Shown here: piece by piece, positions 45,460 to 56,853 of the stretch
Layout of the letters: each line of letters opens with the position of its first letter
Numbering within the stretch: the stretch's first letter is position 1
Assembly: GCA_963924565.1 (NCBI GenBank)
Contig: OZ004611.1
Span: forward strand, 25,544,001-25,608,000
Direction of reading: 5' to 3'
Length of the DNA: 64,000 nucleotides
DNA from: Ascidiella aspersa
Lineage: Eukaryota
Program-made: the position numbers and the translations under genes
The notes under the pieces: generated by a model
The model's database searches: none
Told to the model about the DNA's origin: nothing
Seen by the model: the letters and a program-made list of their open reading frames with translations, nothing else

Positions 45460-45601
45460 TTTTTGCTGTCAGTGCTATTCCTATCACATATACGCATATA
45501 ACCTATTAAAGTATTGGTGAATTAAAAACTATATAGGCTCACTGGATGTCGGTTAGCATATCTGGTTAAAATCAACCAACGTATTGTATAAGGATAATTA
45601 G

Positions 45602-45615
45602 GTCTCTATGGAAAG
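45602..45615. promoter_or_regulatory. X-box (RFX)-like motif upstream of the SPMIP2-like gene
   Basis: GTCTCTATGGAAAG is one mismatch from GTHNYYATRRNAAC and lies ~145 bp upstream of the ATG. Confidence 0.35.
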
Positions 45616-47917
45616 TTGGCCAGGGACCGGTTCTTCAAATTTCTTTACTTTTAAGCGAACCGGTATAATACCATGACTGCCTGTAGGAGTCTAGGCCAGA
45701 AGTCGTCAAACTACGACCCGCGGGACAGATCCGGCTACCCTGGTAAATTCTTCTAAGCCCGCGGAATTTTTTTCAACTGGTTTCGATATAACGTTATTAA
45801 TACTTTATTAACAGAAACGTTTGTCCGATGCAAAACTAGGCTCAAGTTTTAAAAAATTTGAAACTAAAGAATTTTTTAAATGTTAGTTTGTGTTATTATC
45901 ATGTCAAAAAGCGGAACACCAAATATGATATCTGAAAAAAAGTTAGGCGGTTGTTACTTGATTATTAAATGGGTACCTTTCTTGAACTTTTAGACGTGTT
46001 TCTATATTTGTGCATACCCTTATGTATTAGCAACTAGTATCGGTCTTTAACAGTCTTTAAAAATATGTGGCCGTTTAATTTAATTGGGTTACCGACCGTA
46101 GTAGTTAATTACATGGTTAGATTTATTAGGAGTGGTTCTGTGCAAAATTTCTCAAAAAAATTCAGAAAATGTCTATAGTCATATAAAGACATAACTTATT
46201 TTAATAAAATTCGAATTTATCTTCTTTGCGTTTTGTTCACTTTAGGATGTCAAAGAGATGTAAATAGAATTTGGTCGCCAAAGCTTCTGTTGTATACCAA
46301 CGTTTAATGTTTAAGGTCGCCGCGAAAAAAAGTTAAGATGGTGTGAGTAGGCCTATATTGAATTTAGACAGCTTTTAAATACCATAATGCTTTTAGGCCT
46401 TTTCAAACATTTAATCATACTAATCTTAGTTTTTCGTTATAGCCTATGTTTGTACTTAAAGTTAAAGACTTATTGCACCTTTAAAAGAAAACAGTATACT
46501 TTGATATAATCAAAATTAAACAGCTTTCGATGGCAAACATTCCGTTTGAGACATTATCAAACAGTAACTTAGCTGAGGAGCCAATAATGCTGTTAAAAAT
46601 GTAGCCTACCTACACTATTGACTTTACTCGTCTGTAAACTACATTTGGTTTGAAAACCACGTATCTCTAATTTGTTCTTGCTTGCGTTGCTCTGAATATG
46701 CGCTCGGCGCCTGCAATATGAGATTTGTAACGCGATACGTCGTAACAATAGGATATCTGTTTGTGCTTATTGTTTCCAAACATTAGCCGGAGCTCGGATT
46801 GTTTTGCTCACGTCTGCCTTTTAGAATTAGATAACCTTCATCAAAATAGGTACAAATATTCTGTCGGCCGTTTTCTGCGAATTTAGAAATGGATTTTAGA
46901 AGCACCAAAATTAGAAACAACGAAATGTACAAATGTCTCTTTTTTGAAGAGATCCACTGAATAGTCGTAGTTCAAAATGGCTTCGAAGAGCTTTAATTTC
47001 CAGAAATCCAAAACGGCCCATTACCAACTCTCTCCACTGTTTTACAAAGGTTAGGGAGCCTATGTTGTCGCGTTCCTGGTCGACTTAATAGGCCTATAAA
47101 GTTACATGCATTTCGTCTGATATCCATAGTACTACGGATAAAAGTGGTATCACACGAAATAAATACCGGTACATGTAGTTTTTAATTGTAGGCCTATACG
47201 AAAATATTTGGATTTCCGACCAAGATAATCGTAAGGCTGGCGGGTCGGGCTTTGATAGTTTGTGTTTTCGTATGTACTATTATGCAGCTAATAGTTGTGG
47301 TGTCACGGTTTTGTATAATTCCCTAACGACCTACATATTTCAATATGTTTACTTTTGCCTGAACATCCGATTCGATACCTAATAAAACTTGGCATTCATG
47401 CCATAAAACCTCTTATCTCATAATACAAAGAACAGCAAATTGATCTCTAACCTTGAGACCGCAATCTACGTGCGGAGCAGTAATTTATATCATAATAGGT
47501 TGCTGCAACCTACTGGACAATGATGTTGTTTACAAACGTGCAATTTAAAGTGTACTGCAGTAATTTCATTTCTTTCCTAATAGAACAGAAGTTATAGGCA
47601 ATTCACGTTATTTAATATCCCAGCAATAGAAAACGCGATTATATTAAAAAATAAATACGATCTACAATGAAGAAATATTCAACAATAAAAAAGATAAAAA
47701 TCTATTGCTAGTTTACCATAAAAAATCCATTTATTGAAGTATAGTATTGAAAATCTACCTAGACAATTTTTAAAACCGAGTAGGTCCTACAGATGTTTAA
47801 TTACGTATTACCAATAGTTTATCATAATTTATGTTTTTCTTGCATCTATAAAAAGTTGCACTCAGCATGGGCACACAAGCGTTTGTTTATACACGTGTGT
47901 GTTTCAACAAATGCCAA

Positions 47918-49681
47918 CTATTTATAACTACTGCTTAGAGAATCGCTGTGATTCACAGAAGATTGTTCCAATAAAGATTGCAAACTGGACTGATTTGGGG
48001 CTGCAAATTCCCCTTCAAATACTTCGTTTACAAATCCATCACAGATATTATCAACCTCACTACATACAGAAGACAATATTTCCTTCATTATGTCATTTGA
48101 CAGTTCCTCCACAATATTCCAAGGATTAAATTTTCCCTTTGGAGCATGGAAGGATTTTCGCAGATAATCGTTTCTTTCCTCTTTATGCAACAAAATATTG
48201 CTTATTGTGGCATTACTGAGTGCTAACTCTGTTCGGATCAATAAGCGAGTTGTAGATTTTTCACTATGACATGGATCTTGTTGATGGCCTAAGGTTTGTT
48301 TTAGAGAGTTTGATTTTTTATTCAGGGCAAATTGATAAGCTTCTTTAGGATGTTGCGAAGGCTTACTACTACATCTGCTCCCCATGTTCATTGTAATGGG
48401 TTCTGCAGTTTCTTGAAATCGCACACTTCCTTTTTGCTTGGGTAGGTCAATGTCATCATAGTGAATTTTACTCCACCTTGCACGAATTTCATTCTCTTCA
48501 TTTTCAATGTCTTGTAGTCGTTGATAAACAGTCTCATATGTGCCAGCGTTGTTTGCATCTTGCGCTGCTTCGTGCAAATTTAAATCTGACTGCATATCTT
48601 GAAGCCTTTCTGCTGTGTCTTGTACAATATCGTCGAACAGTGAGTTGACAACACCTTTTTTGCTCTTCCTTTCTTTGCATGGTGTTGACAAATTGCTCTG
48701 TAACTCTTGTTTTGAAGACTTTGGTAACTTTTTTTCATTTCGGTAATGGTGCGTCTTTGGAGTTTTAATTCTTGGTGCAAGTATTGGTGAACTGGTGGAA
48801 GTGAATTTTTGGTTCCGGTGTAGTTTTACTGGAGGAGTGTGCTCCAAATGCGATTGCTGATTGTTAAATTCTGGTCTTACAAGTGGGGAAGGAGAGGGTT
48901 CATAAGATGTTATGCTAAAGTCAGGATGTTTTGATTTGACAATTGAAACATTTCTTGAGGCAAAAGGCCTAGGTCTGCTCTTTGTTGGGGAACGGTGCAA
49001 TGACAAAAATCCACTCTTTTTGGGGGGTTTCTTGTTTCTTCTACTTCGCAGCTTTTCCTTTTTAACAACGTCTTGCAGTTTGTGGGCAAAGTTCTGAAAT
49101 TCGCTTTGGCTTGCATAGCTTCGTACTTCCTCAAATATATCAGCAGTTGTCGTGGCTGCATCTTTTAAATGAGCAGAGTGTCTTGGCCTTTGATCTCTGT
49201 TTTCCACAATACCGCGAATGTGGTCCTCAAATGTAGGGGGGTCTTTAAACTGAATATGCTTTTTATGTTTTACAACAGGGTGGTTTAACTTTTTATCCTG
49301 TTTTCCTCTTGGAACACCTTGTTTCTTTTGTGGAGGTACAAATACAGCTTCATATCTTACATTACTAGTTGAGATTTCAGATTTCTGATCCCCATAGAGC
49401 TCTCTATTGCGGTTTGACTCTTGCTCAATTCTGGTATTACTTACATCTAGTTTGGCAAGTTTTATTGCAAGTGAGAGCTTGTCATTTTTCATAGGAACAC
49501 CGCTGAAAGGATTATGTGGTTTTAACTGTTTGGATTTTTGTGATGAAACCTTCTCAATGACAATTACACCAGGGTTTCTGTTATGATGTCCATAATTTGA
49601 ATTGTCAGAAGCATCCAAGTTAAAAAAAAGTTGATTATTGTAATGTGTTGGTTTATCAATACAAATCATTTTTTTAGCCAT
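47918..49681 (-). CDS. KIAA0753: Protein moonraker (centriolar satellite/ciliogenesis), single coding exon, 587 aa
   Basis: Uninterrupted ORF from ATG 49681. The N-terminal NQLFFN..PGVIVIEKV..KLSLAIKLAKLDV and C-terminal YQRLQDIENEENEIRARWSKIHYDD and GKFNPWNIVEELS..VCSEVDNICDGFVNEVFEGEF match conserved moonraker blocks. Confidence 0.85.
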   Translation of the reverse strand: MAKKMICIDKPTHYNNQLFFNLDASDNSNYGHHNRNPGVIVIEKVSSQKSKQLKPHNPFSGVPMKNDKLSLAIKLAKLDVSNTRIEQESNRNRELYGDQKSEISTSNVRYEAVFVPPQKKQGVPRGKQDKKLNHPVVKHKKHIQFKDPPTFEDHIRGIVENRDQRPRHSAHLKDAATTTADIFEEVRSYASQSEFQNFAHKLQDVVKKEKLRSRRNKKPPKKSGFLSLHRSPTKSRPRPFASRNVSIVKSKHPDFSITSYEPSPSPLVRPEFNNQQSHLEHTPPVKLHRNQKFTSTSSPILAPRIKTPKTHHYRNEKKLPKSSKQELQSNLSTPCKERKSKKGVVNSLFDDIVQDTAERLQDMQSDLNLHEAAQDANNAGTYETVYQRLQDIENEENEIRARWSKIHYDDIDLPKQKGSVRFQETAEPITMNMGSRCSSKPSQHPKEAYQFALNKKSNSLKQTLGHQQDPCHSEKSTTRLLIRTELALSNATISNILLHKEERNDYLRKSFHAPKGKFNPWNIVEELSNDIMKEILSSVCSEVDNICDGFVNEVFEGEFAAPNQSSLQSLLEQSSVNHSDSLSSSYK

Positions 49682-49758
49682 TGAAATCCTGATCAAAATA
49701 GAAGTATTTTAATAATCCGGCAAATTATTATTACATATTTCTATAAATCTTATTTATG

Positions 49759-49945
49759 CAGGGAGTCTAAACCGTTTGAATTTTCCGGTTCAGGTACCAT
49801 TTGGGTTAAAGGATTTTTAGGAATCCAGTTCAGTTCCTTTTCGAAGCATTTTAAAATTTCCGGTTCAGCTAAATTTATTTTCAAAACCTGCAAATCATTT
49901 CATAAAGTTTCGGTTCAACTCCCTGTATTCGGTTCAACTCCCTTG
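49759..49945. mobile_element. Short hAT-like MITE with CGGTTCA motifs
   Basis: CAGGGAGTCTAAACCG...CGGTTCAACTCCCTG, with a duplicated right end; related to 50869-51350. Confidence 0.6.
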
Positions 49946-50032
49946 GTTTGGTATAAAATTTAACTTATTTTACTACAATCTCAAAATATTGTGTAACATA
50001 CTGTATTACAATGTTAAATCAAAATAAATAAG

Positions 50033-50432
50033 AGGACTGGTCTAGAATCCTACAGAGTTTCGAGGGTTTCTATTGCCAATATTGTTTGGGTTAGGGTGGG
50101 ACTGGGTCTAGTATTACTATTATTATATTTATGACGCCATATTTATTCGTTCTTTGCAATTTTATATTTGACAACTAGTTTCGTTGCTTTTAAAAAAGGT
50201 GGTAGGATTCTAGACCAGCGCCAAAATTTGGTCTTTAAGATGTTTTTTGGTGCTGGACTACAATCCTACAATATTTGGGTTAGGTTAGGATTTGGGTGGG
50301 TGAAGCATTATATTTATAACCAATATTATTTGACCAACACAAAACAAACCTTAACCAGCACCGTAACCCAAATGTTGTGCGTTGCTTAAATAATTGTTTG
50401 AACTCAGTGGTATAGGATTCTAGACCAGCGCC
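50033..50432. mobile_element. Two adjacent MITE copies (CTGGTCTAGAATCCTA TIR family)
   Basis: Copies at 50033-50222 and 50249-50432, each ending TAGGATTCTAGACCAGCGCC, with internal GGGTTAGG motifs. Confidence 0.8.
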
Positions 50433-50868
50433 GTTTTTGGTCGCAGCTCAGTTAAGTACAATCAACATCAAGAGGTTTGAAAGGTAGAATTACAAAATTA
50501 CTAACCTATTGCGGACAAGAAGGGTGCAAAGTACTACCTTAACAGCATGATATAAATCACATAACTACAAGTTTACAAACAAATAAAAACCTACAAAAAT
50601 GTTAGCAAAATCGTTTTTGTATTTTTGAAACAATTTTCCAAAAATTAAAAGTACGCGAATTGGTCATGGTCGAATGCAGCTGATTCTTCTACATTTTTTT
50701 TGTTTGGGTCGGGTGGTAAATGGTGACCGAAAACATTCTCAAGAATTTAGAAAATAAACCTTAAACTGAAATGTCAACCTAATGATATTTTAATATATAT
50801 ATGTATATACACACACAATATATTGTGGTATAATGACGACCGGCTAATTTCCGAAAGTTCGTTGAAAC

Positions 50869-51350
50869 CAGAGAGTCGAACCGGAACTTGAACCGGTTTT
50901 GGGCCAAATTTGCCCGAACCTCAACCGCTTTTTGTAAGATTTTAGGGAGCCGAACCGGAACTGAACCGAATATTTAAAAAAAACCTGAACCTTAACCGAA
51001 CCTGTCAACAAAAGTGGTTTATTCCAGCATGACGTCACAAGTTCTATTTAACAGATTCAAGGTATTCCATGTTAAAAATTTTACGAAAAAAAAGAAAACT
51101 GTTTAACTAAAACGTTGTTTTTTTTTTTTTTCTGGTATTTCAATACTGAGCTGCTTGTTTGCGTCACGTAACTATTGACCCATGAACTGGAACTTTATGA
51201 ACCGGTTTTAAAAATACATTTAGTCGAACCGGAGCTGAACCGGACGTTTTAAATTGCTCAAAACCGAAACCGGAACTGAACCGGATTCCGAAAAAATCGT
51301 CGAATCCGAACCGAACCTGAACCGAAAAAGTCAAACGGTTCGACGCCCTG
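50869..51350. mobile_element. hAT-like MITE with GAACCG subterminal repeats
   Basis: Termini CAGAGAGTCGAACC / GGTTCGACGCCCTG, TSD GTTGAAAC/GTTGGAAC, and many GAACC(G) motifs near both ends. Confidence 0.85.
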
Positions 51351-52409
51351 GTTGGAACAGAATATTTTACCCAAATGAAGCATGGTTTTGTTTTGCATTA
51401 AGGGGGTTACATATAAAAGACAAGAACCATTATTTTTCTGTTTCACAGTGCATGGTTGTACTGTGTTGGCTTTGGCAAAAGCTTGCGCAACCGCTGGAAG
51501 AGCCTCAAGGCACTTAATTTAAAAGGTGCATTTTTTACAGAAAGCCTCGTGTGTAGAGGTCGTATTTTAGATTAGTCCTGGACTTATTTTTAGATTAGCC
51601 CACCATTTCATATTGGTGGTTTACATTTTTAGTTTTGTTTGTGAAGCAAACCTGCTTGCACAAGAATCCTGTTAGGGCCAACTAATTTCGGTAATAACTT
51701 AGTTCCAAAATTACCCGGTACCGGTATATTATTTTGAGTCTGTCGTAATTGTTGGGCAGTAGTTCATGCAGCCTAGGGCTGGTCCGTAAAAACGTCACAA
51801 GAACACTTACTAAACATTTTGAGCGTTAATTGGATTCAAAGCCAGCGATAGAGTGTAATTTGTTACGTCAAACGCTTTATTAGGCTTGTCCAGGCAACAA
51901 TTGGTCATTGTAATGTTCCTCTTGTGTAACGCATATTCGACGCGATCAAGCTGTTGAAATGCGGCGATCGACCGCGACATGTTGGCTACCCCCTAACCAA
52001 GTGGAAGGCTCAGTTTATTGGAAACAATTTGCGCGTAAAAAAATAGGGATAGGGCTGTCCAAAGTCTACGTATCATCGATTTTAAACGCAATTTCTCTCA
52101 GTAATGTACCTTTCAAAGGAGAATTTCACGTTGGATTGCAAAACATGGTACGAATGCACAAATCAATTGGTATCGGACGAATCCTGATAATACCAGTTGC
52201 TATCAGGTATATGATCTAATCCGAAAATTATAACTTAAATAACCTACTTATCACAAATTGCATTTATTTTTTCAGGTAACCAACTGGTTTGACATTTTCT
52301 GGCCTTACGATTAACTTAAGGACTAATAGTCAACCTTTGTTTGGTCGCAACGAATAAATTGTGTATTTTTGCTGTGTTTTAGATTCGCCCGCAATAAGTC
52401 TAAGCATAC

Positions 52410-52759
52410 CAGGGCTGCGGAGTCGGACTCGGGACTGTTTGTTTTGCCGGAGTCGGACTCGGGACTCGAGTAAGACCGCGTAAAACTACCCGAGTACAGA
52501 GTCCGACGTGCGCATGCGCAGTATCAATTTTTTTAACTGTTAAGGCGGCAAAATGTAAGTTGTAAAAGTGTAATAGCAAATGGTGAAATATTTTTAAACC
52601 ATGTAATGCGGGTGGATCAATTATGACACCAATATGAGTGGATTGCAGAAAATCCACCTTAATGGGTAAAATACAGGCTGTAGAGTCGGAGCTGGACTCG
52701 GGTGTGTTTTATTGGCCGGAGTCGGACTCTGGTTGTTTTTAACCGACTCCGCAGCCCTG
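52410..52759. mobile_element. hAT-like MITE with GGAGTCGGACTC repeats
   Basis: Perfect 17-bp TIR CAGGGCTGCGGAGTCGG and exact 8-bp TSD AAGCATAC. Confidence 0.92.
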
Positions 52760-53215
52760 AAGCATACCATGAAATACCAAAGTTTACCTATTCATGGTTT
52801 AAATCAAAATGATTCATATAAAATCACAACCACGCAAGTAAAACTGCACAACCACACCCAACATATTTTATTTCAAAAGGGCATGTTAAATGAATTACTG
52901 GGTTATGTATTTCATTGTTGTATGGAAAATTGTTTCCTTTTTTGCGCACTGCGGAATAGCGCTGACTTACTGACATTGCACATCACATAACAAAAACAGT
53001 TACAATGAACATTTATATAGATTTTCAAATAAAACTTACAAAAAAACTAAATAAATTACTTAAAATGCACTGTCACAGATGTTTTTGATTGGTTAGAATT
53101 TCATGCTTTCATAATTAGTTGTCTGAAGGTACAAAGAAAAAAAGTATTGTATCAATGAATGTAGAAAGTTGGAGAGTCTAACTTTTATGCAAGATAGCAT
53201 AAAACTATTGACTGA

Positions 53216-54705
53216 TCATCGAACGGTGTATGCTTGCAGTGATTTATTTACAAAATACTGCCATAAACTGAAAGCTAAAACAAAAACATAAATCCCGGCG
53301 GCAATAAAGCAATTCTGTCCGTTTTCTCTGTAGAGTTCGAGAATAAACGTTCGGCTGAAAAACAGAACAAAAAATACATCATAAACCGATGACAATATTA
53401 GAAGAACATCCTAAACTCCATTGCATTCATGTCAATAGCAATATGGACTAAGCGTAGTAGACCACTTTTTTATATTATACTTTCACATATGTTGATATTA
53501 AAATATTAATACTTTTAATACAGTAACCAGTTTTAGTTGGTTAGATATTGGATTCCAAACATTTTCAAGGCTGCATTCTAAAAATATTATACTGTAGTGG
53601 AGAGGAGTTCCACAGGCTATGCCAAAAGGGTCAATAAAACCCTCTTGGTAAAATGGTCAATGTTGTGCAAGTTGCAAAAAAACAGGTATCTTATACTAGG
53701 CACAATTAGTTAAATCGTCCTAATAACAAGTATCTTTCAACCACAAAAGCCCATAGGACAATTAATTCTATGCAAAAAAACAATTCGGGAACAATCTTGG
53801 AAGACATAAATTTATATAACACAATGAGATGTACAGTTCCAAGAAAACATAAAATGCTTACTTGCTGATTAGATCAAATTTTTTGTAGTTAACAGGAAGA
53901 TCATCGTACAACGCGGGACTGTAGAGGTAGTAGGCTCCACCCATTAAGCACTAAAAAGTAAACATTAGAAAAAAATTGTATAAAGTAAGAGGCAGCTAAT
54001 GTTGTACTGCAACATTGCCTAAATAAGGGATGTCCAACCTAAGGGATGTCCAAGAATGGGCCGCATTGCCACTTTAAAAATTTCGATAGGCCACAAAACC
54101 TCTCAAATTAAAGGGGTAACGTCATATCGTGACGTCATGAAACAACTTAACCTATAAACACCTGCTCTTCAAGAGTGAAGTTGTGCGCAAATTTGCAAGT
54201 GATCTTGACCTTATTTTTTTTATTATGGCGAAGCTCGAAAATTTGAGATTTTACATGTTTGGGCTGATATACTTTCTTAAAACGGTCCGCAAAAACACAC
54301 ATCTTGCTAGCAATGATGGATGCACAAAGTATTCGATGGATGTTGAAATGCAACATTAGACTCAATTATAGTCTCAGAAATACATAAGATTAGGCCTACA
54401 TCAAATACTGCGCATTCTATACGTTTTGATGATAGTCGAAACAATTGTTTTTAATAAAGACTACTGAAAGTTAGAATAAGTGCTGGGCCACACGTAAATA
54501 TCAGGCGGGCCGCAGGTTGGACAACCCTAGCCTAAATTATCATATAATTTAAATTTTATGCAGAATCTGTGTCCAGTATGTAGAAAATAATAAGTAAAGC
54601 AAACCTTTGCTTGCTTGTTACACTTACCAGCATAATAATTCCCCAAACGCTTGTAATTAAACAGCATTTTGCACATTTCATACCAATTAACTTTCCCTTC
54701 GCCAT
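53216..54705 (-). CDS. RNASEK: Ribonuclease kappa / V-ATPase V0 subunit f, 3 coding exons, 101 aa
   Basis: Exons 54705-54628, 53950-53862 and 53354-53216 give MAKGKLIGMKCAKCCLITSVWGIIMLCLMGGAYYLYSPALYDDLP...LYRENGQNCFIAAGIYVFVLAFSLWQ...YTVR. It has two TM helices and the S.WG.IML and NCFIAAG.Y signatures. It is absent from the ORF track because the exons are short. Confidence 0.92.
54025..54529. mobile_element. hAT-like MITE in the RNASEK intron
   Basis: TIR AGGGATGTCCAACC / GGTTGGACAACCCT with exact TSD GCCTAAAT; the left terminus is locally duplicated. Confidence 0.88.
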
Positions 54706-56309
54706 TTTGAAATTGATATGATGTTACACCTACAACAGCGCTAAAATTAACAACACAATTTTAACATACTATTTTTCCAAAATATAAAGCGTGCCGGGAA
54801 ATCACATTGCACTGCATTAAAAAGCATATTGCAGGTATGCCACAATTAGCTATACAAAACATGTTATATTTTTTTACATGCTGCAGGTGAGGTAATCTTT
54901 AAATGTAATTTCATATGTCATGGTGTTTTGTAGTTGTGTAAATTAGTTGTACTTAACTTTAAAAACCTCAATAAGAATTGCTTGTCAAAAATATCCTTTT
55001 TAGTGATTTTTCAAGTTGACAATCATATAAAATGGGATTATGAAATGTTCAAATCCAAATTGTAATTTAATTGACTATTTTTAAAAGAATGATGAGATCT
55101 GTGCATCGACAAAAGTAAGGTCATAAGAATGCCTTGATTGTGTTTTGGACTGGAAAATTTGGGAAATATTCTATTTTAAAAGTAAATTCTATTTGATACT
55201 TCCACAGGTTAACTGGACATTTTTTCGGATTAAATATATATAATAAAAACATGTCCATCAATTGTACGAGTTGGTTTCTGAAGGAAAATGCACACTGCCC
55301 TTCAAATAAACTTTGGTTAATATTTAGTGCTGTTTTGTAGATCTATAGTTAAGCAAAAATTTTGTTTAAAGACCTTTGTTTTCTACCTATAAGTGACCAA
55401 TAGTAATATAATAAGGTTATGTATGATGTCAGTTATATGTTGCATTTAACTAATTAGTTAATGTTTTGGCATCAAGATTTACATTATAATTAAAGATTAA
55501 AAATAATAATGTTTAACTTTCTTATTATTATTGTTTTGTTTTCAATTTAAGAAACTACGAATATAGAGGTATAACTTTCCTATAATTGCATTTGGAATCC
55601 TATTCACAATATATTTTAATGAACTAAGTTATGTTAAATTCAGACTTTCCAATCAAGATCATACAGGTACATGGCCGAAGAAATCAGGGTGGCCAGGCAA
55701 CTATACAAAAGTGCAATAACAAATAGGATAATCAAATACATATTCATTTTTTTTAGTGCAGGATTAGTTGAAAAAATCACTGGTGCAGTGCACTACCATA
55801 TTTTCAATAGTTGCTAATTAGAAGTAATGTATCACCATCACTTTTACACACATATTACAAAATAAAAATAACTTAAATAAATATGCAAAATGTCAATCAG
55901 CATAGCAATGTTAGCTAGGAAGACAACTAACAATAAAAGTTTTATTTAATTTTAACTACCTTGGACTAAACTTCTAATTATTATTCAGTTTATATGTATT
56001 TGGTGCAACTATCAAATGTTTTATAAGTTGAACCTGTTTATACATAAACCAAAGCTCATAATTTTGACTGTTCGGCTATAACAACAGCTGACGCGTATAT
56101 ACTACTAAGCTGCTTAAAATTATGGTACGAACGTAAACACGGTTTTTCATTCATAGTTAACGGGTAAAAAAACAACCAAAACAGTGGACTTTATATTACA
56201 AAGTTTGCTAGTTTTGATAATTGTAAAGCTTTTTAAATTCTACAAGTAAACAAAATCATAACAAAAGCTTCTTAACTTTGTACATAAAAATCCGAACACT
56301 CGAAATTTC

Positions 56310-56319
56310 GTCACGTGAC
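56310..56319. promoter_or_regulatory. CLEAR element (TFEB/MITF-type E-box) in the RNASEK/RBMX2 divergent promoter
   Basis: Perfect palindrome GTCACGTGAC. A CRE (TGACGTCA) also lies at 56723-56730. Confidence 0.5.
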
Positions 56320-56853
56320 TGTCATGGGATAAAATATTTAATATGGTATCCTGTACCCAATCAACTCAAAAAAGCTGTTTTAAACGACAAAAATATTAAA
56401 GTTAAGTAACATTTCTTTAAAGATATATAAATAAATTTAGTGTAATATTTTTTTATCAATAGCTATATCATTTATTGTGTTGTAACACAAATAGGAAACC
56501 ACCTTTCATTTTATTGTGGTAAAAATCTCTTAAGTTTTATTCTTTTGAGCCAAAGTTTTTCGTTTGTGTATTGCAAACGTTTTTTGTTGTTTAAAATTGC
56601 TAAGAAATGGGTCAAAAAAATGCGAGTTATTTATTTAATTCCAAACTTACAAAAATTTAAAGTTAACCATAAAAGTTTAAAATGTGGTATTCGGTATTTT
56701 GATGTGTTTTTTTTAAATCATCTGACGTCATGTATGTAGTAAAACTTCAGCAAGACCGTAAGATCCATGCGTTGAACTTGTTTACTTTTCATACAATATT
56801 TTAAACCAGCTGAGTGCTGATGTGACTGCCGGAAAGATTACAATAACAACACA

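Noticed and set aside
46620-47095. Coding-like composition and an LDFWK peptide (hAT dimerisation-like) on the minus strand
   Set aside because: The frames I read contain stops, and no further transposase motifs are recognisable.
50869-52759. Short interspersed repeats resembling a CRISPR array
   Set aside because: Spacing is irregular, the context is eukaryotic, and the repeats are bounded by TIRs and TSDs, so they are MITE subterminal motifs.
44118-54705. Operon formed by three co-oriented minus-strand genes
   Set aside because: The gaps are 2.4-3.5 kb and repeat-filled, unlike tightly abutting tunicate operons.
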